Positions 31,731 through 41,846 of a DNA stretch of 64,000 nucleotides are shown here, piece after piece. Location: assembly GCA_964291415.2 (NCBI GenBank), contig OZ219920.1, positions 1,592,571 to 1,656,570 on the forward strand, written 5' to 3'. How positions within the stretch are numbered: position 1 is the stretch's first letter; each line of letters starts with the position of its first letter. The translations under genes were made by a program, and so were the position numbers. The notes under the pieces were generated by a model, which was given only the letters and a program-made list of their open reading frames with translations, was not told where the DNA came from and did no database searches. The DNA is from Alphaproteobacteria bacterium. Lineage in GTDB: Bacteria > Pseudomonadota > Alphaproteobacteria > SP197.

Positions 31731-32980
31731 GTTTCCTTGCAGGCCCGGGCGGCACGCCTGCCGGAGAGAACAGCTCCCTCGATCGTGGCCGGAAGCCCCG
31801 TATCCGTCCAGTCACCGGCAAGGTACAGGTTGTCGAACTCCGTGCGGGTTCCGGGACGCAAGGCGATGGTGTCGGGGTCCTGCGAGATCGTTGCCCGGCG
31901 TTCCTTGATGACGCGCCAGGGAGGCAGCGCATGCGGATCGGCATCGAGAACTGCAGCCACATCACGCCATGCCGTCGCCGCGATATCGTCCAATGGCCGA
32001 CGAATCATGTCATTAGCCGCACTGACTGTGACGGACAGGACCTGGTCTCGTACAAAAATCCACTGAACCATGCCTCCAATCAGTCCGACAAACGGATGGC
32101 CACCAGGAAGCACAACCGGCCCGGGCAGTCGGAAATGGACATTGACGATCCCCTGATGCCTGAGCGGAACCTCAAGGCCCGCCACGAGGTCGCCGACGAC
32201 CGATGGAGGCAGGGCAAGAATCACGCTGTCTTCCTGCATCACTGTGATGCTGTTCGCGGCAAAGTCGAGTCGTTCCACCCTGCCGGCTGCCGTGTGCAAC
32301 CCGCACAGCCGGCTGGACAGCCTGACGTCGACACCCTTGTGCGCGAGGTATCCCAGAGCCGGATCAACGAAGGTGGCCGAGAGCGATTGCCCGGCGACGA
32401 GAGGACGGCACCAGGACTCTCCCTTCATGAAGGTCCTCATGAGCGCCTGGCGCAACAGTCCCGCCGAAGCTTCCGCAAGCGGCGTGTTGAGAACCGCCAC
32501 GGTCAGAGGTTCCCAGAAACACGTCACGAGCCTTCCGGATTGCCCCACGCACTCCGCCACTGTCCGGCTGTCGCTGGCGGTGAGGACAGAAAGTGCGGAG
32601 AGGTAGTGGGCCGGCGCGGTCAGTGGAACCCGGCGTCGCGGATCGAGAATCCACCACGGAAGCCGTCCCTTGCCGGGCCGCACGGTCCACTGTCGCGCGT
32701 CATCCAACTCGACAAATGGATATGCGGCCGGAACCGGTCCCCTGACCTCATCGGCCGCACCGATGGTTTCGAGGTACGCCAGGGCGTGGCGGTTGCCTGT
32801 CATCAACAGGTGATTGCCGTTGTCAATCCGACACTTGAGGCGGGAATCAAGAAGAGACCGGCATCGTCCCCCGGCCTGTGCGGCTGCCTCGTGGAGCACC
32901 ACCCGCTTCCCATCGCCCGCCAGGGAAACGGCGGCCGAAAGACCTGCGAGGCCGGCACCGACAATGTGGATCACGGGCAC
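31727..32980 (-). CDS. hpnE: Hydroxysqualene dehydroxylase HpnE (FAD-dependent)
   Basis: GAGLAGL, AGGRCRS, IDNGNHL, KERRAT, LAGDWTDTGLPATIEGA. Confidence 0.9.
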   Translation of the reverse strand: MPVIHIVGAGLAGLSAAVSLAGDGKRVVLHEAAAQAGGRCRSLLDSRLKCRIDNGNHLLMTGNRHALAYLETIGAADEVRGPVPAAYPFVELDDARQWTVRPGKGRLPWWILDPRRRVPLTAPAHYLSALSVLTASDSRTVAECVGQSGRLVTCFWEPLTVAVLNTPLAEASAGLLRQALMRTFMKGESWCRPLVAGQSLSATFVDPALGYLAHKGVDVRLSSRLCGLHTAAGRVERLDFAANSITVMQEDSVILALPPSVVGDLVAGLEVPLRHQGIVNVHFRLPGPVVLPGGHPFVGLIGGMVQWIFVRDQVLSVTVSAANDMIRRPLDDIAATAWRDVAAVLDADPHALPPWRVIKERRATISQDPDTIALRPGTRTEFDNLYLAGDWTDTGLPATIEGAVLSGRRAARACKET

Positions 32981-32992
32981 GGGACCTGGCCT

Positions 32993-33832
32993 TCAAAGGA
33001 GCCCGTATCTGAGTGCAAGCCATACCAGACGCACCTTCGGCGGCTTCACCGGAACATCGAGCCGATGCCAGCCCCGCTGTTCCAGGAGATCGAGGATTTC
33101 GCTGTAGACTTTCATCATGGCCACAATCGGCCTGATGCGCCGCCGGCCTATCTCGCCCAGAAGCCGGTCCGCTTCCACGTAGTGGCGCCGCGCCATCGAC
33201 GCCAGTTCGGAGCAGACGCCAGAGAAGGCCGGGTGCTTCAGGACCTCGCCTGGAGAGGCATCCCTGATGCCGTGCTTCGCCAGGATATCCCTTGGGACAT
33301 ACAACCGTCCCTCTTTCGCGTCGTCCTCAAGATCACGCAGGATGTTTGTGATCTGGAAGGCGTTTCCCATGGTCTGTGCCATGACCGGCCCAGGGTGTCC
33401 GGAGATACCGAAGACATGGATGATGAGCATTCCGACCGCTCCCGCCACGCGGCGGCAGTAGGCGAACAGATCATCGGTTGCTGCCATTTCCACTCCCGGG
33501 GCAACATCCGTTTCCATGCCATCGATGATCGCCAGAAATTCTTCCCTGGGAAGTTCAAAGCGCCTGACCGCCGGATCAAGCGCAAGGGCGGTCGGCATGG
33601 TGGGAGTGCCGCCATAGAGACGGCCGATCTCCTCGCGCCAGGCGTTGAGAGCAGCCATCCTGGAGGCCACGTCGCCCGGAGTGTCCGCAATGTCATCGAC
33701 TTCCCGGCAGAAGGCATAGATCGCATACATGGCACGCCGGCGCTCCGGCGCAATCACCTTCATGCTCCACAAGAATGATGTGCCGGAACGTGCAAGAACA
33801 CCGTGGACGTGTTTCCAGGGGTCGTCGGTCAC
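32993..33832 (-). CDS. hpnD: Presqualene diphosphate synthase HpnD
   Basis: SGTSF, YAFCREVDDIAD, YCRRVAGAVG, QITNILRDLEDDA.EGRLY; GTG start approximate. Confidence 0.85.
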   Translation of the reverse strand: MTDDPWKHVHGVLARSGTSFLWSMKVIAPERRRAMYAIYAFCREVDDIADTPGDVASRMAALNAWREEIGRLYGGTPTMPTALALDPAVRRFELPREEFLAIIDGMETDVAPGVEMAATDDLFAYCRRVAGAVGMLIIHVFGISGHPGPVMAQTMGNAFQITNILRDLEDDAKEGRLYVPRDILAKHGIRDASPGEVLKHPAFSGVCSELASMARRHYVEADRLLGEIGRRRIRPIVAMMKVYSEILDLLEQRGWHRLDVPVKPPKVRLVWLALRYGLL

Positions 33833-33860
33833 GACAGTCTCGGTACTCAGGACATGAGCC

Positions 33861-35780
33861 TCACGAACCGCCCCTCGCCTGTCGATGCTCCTCCAGTCCC
33901 AATGCGGCGAGGACCGTCGAGACAATTCCCGATGCATCAAGGCCCGCCTGGCGTACCTGACTCTCGGGCGCATCCTGGTCAAGAAAGGCGTCGGGCATGA
34001 TCACCGGCCTGAAAATCAGGCCGGAATCAAAGAGACCGGCGTCAGCGAGGACATGCATGACCTGGCTGGCAAAGCCGCCGATCGATCCCTCCTCAACCGT
34101 CAGGAGAACCTCGTGATTGTTCGCAAGGCGCACGATCAGTTCGCCATCGACGGGCTTGGCGAAACGGGCATCGGCAACGGTCGTTGACAGACCGCTGGCG
34201 TCCAGCACCACCGCGGCTTCCAGCGCGTCCTGCAATCGCGCACCATAGGACAGGATTGCGACACGCGTACCTTCGCGCACAACCCGGCCGCGACCGATTT
34301 CGAGTGGTTGGCCCTGTTCCGGCAAAGGCACGCCAACCCCTGAACCGCGTGGATAGCGAAAGGCGCTTGGACGGTCGTCGATGGCCACGGCCGTGGCCAC
34401 CATGTGGACGAGCTCCGCCTCGTCGGCTGGCGCCATGACGACCATTCCCGGAAGGCAGCCCATGTAGGCGATGTCGAAGGCGCCACAGTGAGTCTGTCCG
34501 TCCGCGCCCACAAACCCGGCGCGGTCCATGGCAAAGCGTACCGGCAGGCTCTGGATCGCGACGTCGTGGACGATCTGGTCGAACGCCCGCTGGAGGAAGG
34601 TCGAGTAGATGGCCGCGAACGGTTTCATGCCTTCAGCCGCCAGACCCGCGGCAAACGTGACCCCGTGCTGTTCGGCCAGTCCGACATCAAACGTGCGTTC
34701 GGGAAACACGTCGCCAAAGCGGTCGACGCCGGTTCCCGACGGCATCGCCGCCGTGATCGCCACGATCGAGTCGTCGCGCCGCGCCTCGTCGATCAGACTG
34801 TCGGCGAACACCCGTGTCCAACTTGGTTTGTTGCTGGTGCTCTTGGCGATCTCGCCTGTCGCCACATCGAACTTGCCGACCCCGTGATACCGGTCGCTCG
34901 ACCCTTCTGCCGGTGCGTAGCCCTTTCCCTTCCGGGTGATGGCATGGATGAGGACCGGTCCCTCACTTCTATCGTCGCGCACATTGCGCAGGACGGGAAT
35001 CAGATGGTCGAGGTTATGGCCGTCTATGGGTCCGACATAGAAGAAGCCGAGTTCCTCGAACAGGGTGCCTCCGGTCAGCATTCCCCGGACGTAGCTCTCC
35101 GCCCTGTGCGCGGTTTTCCTGACAGTATCGGGGAACCGATCCGAAACCTGCAGGCCGATTTCACGCAGCGACCGGTAGGACTTCGACGAGATGAGTCGCG
35201 ACAGATACGCCGACAGCGCGCCAACGGGCGGGGCGATCGACATGTCGTTGTCATTCAGGATAACGATCAGTTTGCTGGCGCTCGCGCCGGCGTTGTTGAG
35301 GCCCTCGAAGGACATGCCCCCCGTCATGGCGCCGTCGCCAATGACGGCGACCACCCTGTTCGACCGTTCCTGGAGGTCGCGGGCTACGGAGAAGCCGAGG
35401 GCCGCCGATATTGACGTCGAGGCGTGCGCTGCGCCGAACGGATCGTACTCGCTCTCCGAGCGCTTCGTGAATCCGGAAAGGCCACCGCCCTTGCGCAAGG
35501 TGCGGATCCGGTCGCGACGTCCGGTGAGGATCTTGTGAGGATACACCTGATGACCAACATCCCAGATGATCCGGTCGTCAGGCGTGTCAAAGAGATAGTG
35601 GAGCGCCACGGTGAGCTCAACCACCCCGAGACCTGCTCCAAGGTGGCCTCCGGTGACCGACACCGCATCAATGGTCTCGGCCCGCAGCTCGTCGGCAACC
35701 TGCCGAAGCGCATCAACCGGCAGTTTCCTGAGGTCGCCAGGTACCCTGATCGTGTCGAGAAGAGGGGTGTCCGTCACCAT
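33861..35780 (-). CDS. dxs: 1-deoxy-D-xylulose-5-phosphate synthase
   Basis: [38 protein letters not shown]. Confidence 0.97.
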   Translation of the reverse strand: MVTDTPLLDTIRVPGDLRKLPVDALRQVADELRAETIDAVSVTGGHLGAGLGVVELTVALHYLFDTPDDRIIWDVGHQVYPHKILTGRRDRIRTLRKGGGLSGFTKRSESEYDPFGAAHASTSISAALGFSVARDLQERSNRVVAVIGDGAMTGGMSFEGLNNAGASASKLIVILNDNDMSIAPPVGALSAYLSRLISSKSYRSLREIGLQVSDRFPDTVRKTAHRAESYVRGMLTGGTLFEELGFFYVGPIDGHNLDHLIPVLRNVRDDRSEGPVLIHAITRKGKGYAPAEGSSDRYHGVGKFDVATGEIAKSTSNKPSWTRVFADSLIDEARRDDSIVAITAAMPSGTGVDRFGDVFPERTFDVGLAEQHGVTFAAGLAAEGMKPFAAIYSTFLQRAFDQIVHDVAIQSLPVRFAMDRAGFVGADGQTHCGAFDIAYMGCLPGMVVMAPADEAELVHMVATAVAIDDRPSAFRYPRGSGVGVPLPEQGQPLEIGRGRVVREGTRVAILSYGARLQDALEAAVVLDASGLSTTVADARFAKPVDGELIVRLANNHEVLLTVEEGSIGGFASQVMHVLADAGLFDSGLIFRPVIMPDAFLDQDAPESQVRQAGLDASGIVSTVLAALGLEEHRQARGGS

Positions 35781-35941
35781 CCGATCTCCCTGAATTGAGG
35801 GAGATACTACAGGATCGGGTCACTGCATGCCACTTGCCACACCGGCGATGTCACCAGCCTGCCACGCGGCGGTGGCGTAACGGGGCCAAATCCTCGGCGA
35901 CAATGCACCGGTTGACGGCCCGAGCGCGCGGTCCGGACCGG

Positions 35942-36424
35942 TCAGCCCAACTGCTCGAGCATGGTCTCCGCACTGGTCGCAGAAAAGCCGTCTTCATCGA
36001 CATTGACTTGCTTGACCACCCCGTCCTCAACGAGGAGCGAAAACCGTTTGCCGCGCATGCCGAAGGCGACCCCGGAGAGATCGAGTTCCAGTCCCAGCGC
36101 CTTCGAGTAGTCGGCATTGCCGTCGGCCAGCATGAGGACGCTGTCCCCGACACTCTGGTGTTCACCCCAGGCCCCCATCACAAAGGCGTCATTGACGGCC
36201 ATGCATGCAATGGTGTCCACGCCCTTGGCCCTGATGGCTCCAGCATGGGTGACGAAGCCCGGCAGGTGCTTGGCCGAACAGGTGGGAGTAAAGGCGCCGG
36301 GAACGGAAAACAGCACCACTTTCTTGCCGGCAAAGAGCTCGTCGCTCGAGACTGGCGCCGGACCGTCCGCCGTCATGGTGTGAAGTGTGCCCGATGGCAT
36401 GTTGTCGCCGACACTGATCGTCAT
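35942..36424 (-). CDS. Peroxiredoxin (Prx5 type)
   Basis: VPGAFTPTCSAKHLPG, VNDAFVM, LADGN. Confidence 0.93.
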   Translation of the reverse strand: MTISVGDNMPSGTLHTMTADGPAPVSSDELFAGKKVVLFSVPGAFTPTCSAKHLPGFVTHAGAIRAKGVDTIACMAVNDAFVMGAWGEHQSVGDSVLMLADGNADYSKALGLELDLSGVAFGMRGKRFSLLVEDGVVKQVNVDEDGFSATSAETMLEQLG

Positions 36425-36565
36425 GGTCTTTGTCCTTTCGCCCCGGTTGGGTGACCTGTGCCTGGTATATGGACCGGCCTGCACCCTTCCTCAACCCCTC
36501 ATGGACCGGTGATGCAAAAGTCTTCGGCAACGGCTATGATGAACTTCGACCGTGGACATGGATTC

Positions 36566-37153
36566 ATGAACGAACCAATGGACGACGACAGCCAGCTCGA
36601 AGGACGCTGCCTGATCGCCATGCCGACAATCGGTGATCCGCGATTTGAACGGACCGTGATCTACATGTGCTCCCACAGTGACAAGGGCGCGATGGGACTG
36701 GTCGTCAACAAGTCACTGGAGAGCATCACGGTCGGCGATGTTGTCGAACGCCTCGGTCTCGACCCAGGCGAAAGCGGCGATGGCATCCGCGTACACTTCG
36801 GCGGTCCCGTGGAGACGGGCCGAGGTTTTGTGCTGCATTCCGACGACTACGTGCGTGACGGAACGTTGCAGATATCCGGTGGCATCGCTCTCACCGCAAC
36901 TATCGACGTCCTCAAGGCCATGATTCGGGGGGACGGCCCCCGCAACAGCCTGCTGGCCCTCGGCTACGCAGGGTGGGCACCAGGTCAGCTTGATGCCGAA
37001 ATCCAGAACAACGGCTGGCTGGTCTGTGACGCGGACCCCGAGCTCCTCTTCAACAGCGACCTCGATGGCAAGTGGACGGGAGCGCTGACGAAACTCGGCA
37101 TTGACCCGGCCATGCTGGCCACCGACGTGGGCGGCACCGGCAAGCCGAACTGA
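36566..37153 (+). CDS. YqgE/AlgH family protein
   Basis: LIAMP..DPRF, GGPVETGRGFVLHS, LGYAGWAPGQL..E..NGWL. Confidence 0.92.
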   Translation: MNEPMDDDSQLEGRCLIAMPTIGDPRFERTVIYMCSHSDKGAMGLVVNKSLESITVGDVVERLGLDPGESGDGIRVHFGGPVETGRGFVLHSDDYVRDGTLQISGGIALTATIDVLKAMIRGDGPRNSLLALGYAGWAPGQLDAEIQNNGWLVCDADPELLFNSDLDGKWTGALTKLGIDPAMLATDVGGTGKPN

Positions 37154-37246
37154 CCGGGCACCTCGGCTTCGGGGCAAAGCCTGTGGCGCCCTGAGAATTC
37201 ATCTGATTGCGGACTCCAACCCTCCTGGTCATGACCGGAAGGGCCG

Positions 37247-38146
37247 TCAGCGGCTGCCGCGCGAGACCATGGCCACACCGACCACCGCAATCATCATGCC
37301 GACAATGGCCAGCACAGCCAGGCTCTCTCCGAAGAACAGCCAGCCCATTGCCGCCGTGGTGGGCGGGCTGAGATAGATCAGGCTGGTACCCCTGGTCGCG
37401 GCTCCACGGGTCACGAGAGCGTAGAAGACAATCATGGAGATGACCGAGAGGACCACTGCCGACCACAGGAGCGCGAACAGGTACTCTCCTGTCCACGATA
37501 CCTCCATGGTCTCGAACAGGCCCGCCAGGGCAAGGATGACCACACAACTGACCGTGTTCTGGATCGCCACCGTGGTACGCAGATCGAAAGTCGCGCAGAA
37601 CTTCTTTTGGTAGAGCGTGCCGGTCGTGATTGCGACCAGTCCGATGAGCCCGAGCGCATAGCCGAACCAGACCGCGTCGCCGAGCACCACCCTCTCCGCC
37701 ACGACCAGGCTGAGACCGCCGAATCCGAGCGCCAGCCCGAGCCATTGAAGCCGACTCACCGACTCGCGGAGAAACGGCCCTACCAGTGCTCCGGTGATCA
37801 GCGGTTGCAGTCCGACAATCAGCGCCATGACGCCAATGGAGACTCCGAGATAGATGCCGCAATAGACGCCGATCAGGTAGAGGCTCTGGACAAGCAGACC
37901 GGCGACAGCGATGTGGCCATAGTCGCGCAGACGCCGTGGCCACGAGGTGCGCAGTGCCACGCACAGCACGAGAAGGAGTACGCTGGCGATGACAAATCGT
38001 GTACCCAGGAATGTCAAGGGTTCGGCGTAGGGGGAGCCGAACTTGGCTGCAACGAAACCGGTCGACCAGAACAGAACGAACATCACCGCAAGCGAGGCGA
38101 ACATCAGCGGAGAGAGCGGGGCAGGTTGAGCGTTCAACGTGAGCAC
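37247..38146 (-). CDS. DMT (EamA) family transporter
   Basis: About 10 hydrophobic segments; WSTGFV, GLQPL, GTLYQK, YLSPP. Confidence 0.88.
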   Translation of the reverse strand: MLTLNAQPAPLSPLMFASLAVMFVLFWSTGFVAAKFGSPYAEPLTFLGTRFVIASVLLLVLCVALRTSWPRRLRDYGHIAVAGLLVQSLYLIGVYCGIYLGVSIGVMALIVGLQPLITGALVGPFLRESVSRLQWLGLALGFGGLSLVVAERVVLGDAVWFGYALGLIGLVAITTGTLYQKKFCATFDLRTTVAIQNTVSCVVILALAGLFETMEVSWTGEYLFALLWSAVVLSVISMIVFYALVTRGAATRGTSLIYLSPPTTAAMGWLFFGESLAVLAIVGMMIAVVGVAMVSRGSR

Positions 38147-38497
38147 CCTCGAGCCGCCATCGCGTCCGGGAGCGGTTCCGGATCATGAGTTGGGCCCCGC
38201 CTTGCCGCAGCGACCGGTGAACCCCGGTTGTCGCAGGAAGCGGACAAGCGATTCACCGATCGGCCTGGTTCACCAATCGTCGCACTCCTCCGAGCGGGAA
38301 GCGTGCCCGGGACGCATATCCGGAAGACAGCCGAGGCGAAACCGGTGTCGTGTTTCACTGTCCGCCGACCCTTCCCATTCGAGGTGGCAGCGATCACAAG
38401 GTTCGACCCGAGGCGGACATCCCGCCCCTCTGGCACATTCATGCCTTCATGACCCGGCCGGGAAACCGGCCACCGGAGGCACACGATCCGTGCGGGT

Positions 38498-40138
38498 CTA
38501 TGGCGCGATGACGGGATCTGGGGTCGGATAGACGATCCTGCCGTTCATCATTGTCAGCTTGATACGGGCCTCGAGCAGCGATGCCGGTCCCAGGGCAAGG
38601 ATATCGCGATCCACAACGGCAATATCCGCGGCGAACCCGGGCTTCAGTACACCCGTCACATGGTCGAGCCATGCAGCCCAGGCCGATTCACGGGTGCCAT
38701 GGACGATGGCCGCTTCGAGCGGCAGTACCCAGTCGGGCCGATGTGCAGGCAGGGTCTCGTCGACCGGCGACTTGCGGGTCGAGGCGATGTACATGTTGGG
38801 CAGCGACCAGTGCGGGGTGGTCGGTGCATCCGTGCCGAAGGCGAGCACCGATCCCGCCGCGACATGCAGGGGCCAGGCGAAGCCATGATTGGCGCGCTCC
38901 GGACCGATCATCGCGATCCAGTTCTGCAGATAGGCCGGATCCATGTGCACCGGTTGCATCGACGCCGTGATGCCAAGCCGTCCCATTCGTTCGATGTCCT
39001 CGGCACGAACGTACTCCAGGTGCTCGATGCGGTGGCGCTTGCCGGACGTTCCATTGATCTGCATGGCCCTTTCCATTGCATCAACGGTGTTGCGGATCGC
39101 CTGATCGCCCACGGCGTGAACGGCTATCTGCAATCCGGCGGCGTCGGCCGCCTCGACGACCGGATCGAGAGCCTCGGGTGGCCAGATGGGATCGGAACTC
39201 GTCCCGTTCGTGTACGGCTTGCTGAGTGCCGCTGTGCAGGCATCGATCGAGCCGTCCGAGATGACCTTGACGCCACCGACACGCAGCCAGTCGCCCTGAT
39301 ACTCCCGGGACAGTTCGGCCGCCCTCTTCACCAGGGCGAGTTCTTCAGCCGTATCGCCCGTGCGCCAGATGATCATGTGCGCGATGACCCGCACGGTCAG
39401 CTTGCCTGCCGCCTGCAATCTGGCAATCGACTCGAGCGCCTCTTCCTCGAGCGCCATCTCCACAACGGTGGTGATGCCCGCCCGTGCAAAGGCCTCGAGC
39501 GCCGTGGAGACGTAGTCGTCCCGCACCTCGTCATCAACCTGTGCAAGAAGGGGTGCCACCAGTGCGAAACTGGCGCTCTCCAGCAAGTGGCCGGTGGCTT
39601 CGCCGGTTTCCGGGTCGCGGGCGATGGTCCCGCCGGCCGGATCCGGCGTGTCGTTGTCGATGCCGAGTTCCTCGAGCGCCGCCGAGTTGACCCAGCAGGA
39701 ATGAAAGTCAAAGGCCTCGAGATACACCGGCCGGTCGGTCACGACCGCATCCAGCATCTCCTTGGTGGGCTTGTTGTCGGGCAGGACCGAGTGCACCCAG
39801 TCGGTCCCGAGAACGCGCGGTTCATGCGGATGGTCGTCAGCCCACGCCTTCACCCGTCGCTGGATCTCCTCGACGCTCGTGGCGTCGCGAAGATACGCCT
39901 TGAGCATGGAGGAGCCCGTCAGGGTGATGTGCACGTGACCATCGACAAAGCCAGGCAGGACGAGACCGCCGTCAACGTCAATGTGAGCGGCATCGTCGCC
40001 GGCCACGGCGGCCGCAGCCTCCGCGCCGCCCACGAAAGCGATCCGGTCACCGTCAACCACAACGGCTTCCGCCCAGAAACTGTCAGGATCCGAGGTGAAG
40101 ACGCGCCCGCCCTTGAGTATCCGCTTCGTGATCGTCAT
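38498..40138 (-). CDS. Amidohydrolase 3 family protein (YtcJ-like)
   Basis: LPGFVDGHVH, DGS, HAVGDQA, HRIEH, SMQP.H, GTDAP. Confidence 0.88.
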   Translation of the reverse strand: MTITKRILKGGRVFTSDPDSFWAEAVVVDGDRIAFVGGAEAAAAVAGDDAAHIDVDGGLVLPGFVDGHVHITLTGSSMLKAYLRDATSVEEIQRRVKAWADDHPHEPRVLGTDWVHSVLPDNKPTKEMLDAVVTDRPVYLEAFDFHSCWVNSAALEELGIDNDTPDPAGGTIARDPETGEATGHLLESASFALVAPLLAQVDDEVRDDYVSTALEAFARAGITTVVEMALEEEALESIARLQAAGKLTVRVIAHMIIWRTGDTAEELALVKRAAELSREYQGDWLRVGGVKVISDGSIDACTAALSKPYTNGTSSDPIWPPEALDPVVEAADAAGLQIAVHAVGDQAIRNTVDAMERAMQINGTSGKRHRIEHLEYVRAEDIERMGRLGITASMQPVHMDPAYLQNWIAMIGPERANHGFAWPLHVAAGSVLAFGTDAPTTPHWSLPNMYIASTRKSPVDETLPAHRPDWVLPLEAAIVHGTRESAWAAWLDHVTGVLKPGFAADIAVVDRDILALGPASLLEARIKLTMMNGRIVYPTPDPVIAP

Positions 40139-40230
40139 GCATTTGCCTTCTTGTCACAGGGGGCCGGCTGAGGGAAATCGAACGGACCCGGCCCTTTGAT
40201 TGGCTGCCATCCCTGGAGGGCAACACGCCG

Positions 40231-41586
40231 TCAGGACGCAGGTGTCGTGGTGGCTTCCACGAAGGCCTCGGCGACGTCCAGATAGTGATCCACATCGGCC
40301 TCGTCATGGGCAAAGGAGCAGGCCGGACCCGCCGTATCCAGCGCCTCCCAGATTCCCCGGTTGGCCATGAACACGCGCCGTGAATTGGAGAAAAAAATGT
40401 CCATCGTTGCCGCGGACTCCCCGGTGTTGCGCGGCAGCACCGGACCAAGCACCCAGCCGCAGCGGCCACCGATCTGCGGCGCCCGCCAGTCGAGCTCCCG
40501 TCTGGCGAAGATCGCCTCGAGACCGGCGGCGAGCCTTCTGCCAAGCGATTCGTTGCGGAGGTACGCTTCCGGCGTCAGGCACTGCTCCAGCGCGGCGCGT
40601 GCAGCAGCCAGGACCAGCGCATTCGCGTAGGTGGTACCGCCGGTCACAAGGTTCGCGCTGCCGCTTTCCAGAGGTGACGGGGGCTTCGCGTGATGCTCCA
40701 GGACCCGAGCCAGCTCTGCGGTCATTCCGTAGGCGGCGAAGGGGACGCCGCTGCCCAGACCCTTGCCCAGCGTGACGACGTCAGGCGAAAGCTGCCAGGC
40801 GTTCGTCAGCCCGCCATACGCAAAGGAATGCGTGTGCGCTTCGTCGATGATCAGCAGGGAACCGGCCTCGCGGATGATCGCCTGGGCCTGCGACCAGAAG
40901 CCGTCGTCGGGAAAGATGAGATTGAAGTTGGTCAGCATGGGTTCGCTGAGGACGCAGGCAATGTCACCTTGCTCAAGCGTTGCTTCAAGCGCGGCGAGGT
41001 CGTTGAACGGGATCGTCACTTCGCCCCGGGGGGCATTGGCGGCACGCCCCGGCTCGGCGCCATCACTGCGTTCCAGGACGTCGTCGATGTCGCCATGGTA
41101 CTTCCCTTCGAACATGAGCACGCGTTCGCGTCCCGTACTGACCCGTGCCAGGCGGATGGCCTCCGCGTTCGCGTTGGAAACAGCGCCCGTGAACTGCCAG
41201 AACGGCAGGCCGACGCGCCGGGCCAGGTCCTCGGCCACCACAATGCTGTCCTCGCACGGCAACAGGAAGGATGAACCCCGAGCCGCCTGGGCACTCAAAG
41301 CTTCGGTGACCGGTGGCGGCGCAAAGCCGAGAAAGCCTGCGACGTCGACCTGGTTCATGTCCAGATAGCGGTGGCCATCGACATCCTCGAAGCAGGCCCC
41401 GTCGCCTGACACCGGAAAGAATGTCGCGTGTTCGTAGAGCCCCGTCATCCAGGACATCGGCACCCCGCCCGGCATGGACGCACGGCCACGTTCCAGCAGT
41501 TCGCGCGACCGCGGGCGGCGACGCGCGAATTCGGCGTCTTCATGCTCCCGAAGAACGCGCAGTCTGGCGGTATCGATCCTGTCCAC
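40231..41586 (-). CDS. Class III PLP aminotransferase (GSA aminomutase-like, divergent)
   Basis: PGGVPMSW, DVDG..YLD, FEGKYHG, IDEAHT, LGKG. Confidence 0.85.
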   Translation of the reverse strand: MDRIDTARLRVLREHEDAEFARRRPRSRELLERGRASMPGGVPMSWMTGLYEHATFFPVSGDGACFEDVDGHRYLDMNQVDVAGFLGFAPPPVTEALSAQAARGSSFLLPCEDSIVVAEDLARRVGLPFWQFTGAVSNANAEAIRLARVSTGRERVLMFEGKYHGDIDDVLERSDGAEPGRAANAPRGEVTIPFNDLAALEATLEQGDIACVLSEPMLTNFNLIFPDDGFWSQAQAIIREAGSLLIIDEAHTHSFAYGGLTNAWQLSPDVVTLGKGLGSGVPFAAYGMTAELARVLEHHAKPPSPLESGSANLVTGGTTYANALVLAAARAALEQCLTPEAYLRNESLGRRLAAGLEAIFARRELDWRAPQIGGRCGWVLGPVLPRNTGESAATMDIFFSNSRRVFMANRGIWEALDTAGPACSFAHDEADVDHYLDVAEAFVEATTTPAS

Positions 41587-41790
41587 CTACATGTCATCCT
41601 CTCACGGACGACGCGGGGAAACTGCCCCACGACGTCACCGCATCACTGTCCAGTTTCGTCCCGATCCCGCCCCGGGAACGGGGAGTGCTCGCACTGCATG
41701 CAAGACTATGCCGTCCTGGCGACGCGGAGCGCCCCGCCGCCGGATGCCGGCACTCACCACCGGGAAGCTGAACCGTCGATGGCCCATGAT

Positions 41791-41827
41791 TGACCGGGCC
41801 GGAACGCCGTGCGCTCCGGACCGGTCA
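41791..41827 (-). terminator. Imperfect hairpin downstream of the SBP gene (terminator or mRNA stabiliser)
   Basis: TGACCGG-g-CCGGA...TCCGG-a-CCGGTCA inverted repeat. Confidence 0.35.
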
Positions 41828-41846
41828 GACAACGCGGCCAGCCGTC

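Noticed and set aside
31931-33778. Long opposite-strand ORFs (also 12809..14446, 38660..40171, 61226..62890 and others)
   Set aside because: No recognisable motifs, and they lie opposite well-supported genes; such ORFs are expected in high-GC DNA.
38147-38497. 350-bp intergenic region with hairpins and faint SRP-RNA-like words (GTGAACCCC, AGGAAGC)
   Set aside because: Lacks the conserved CAGG-N-CCGGAAGG-AAGCAG domain IV; no support for a known ncRNA.
40231-41586. hemL
   Set aside because: Family-level similarity only; typical HemL motifs are altered and there is no tetrapyrrole context.
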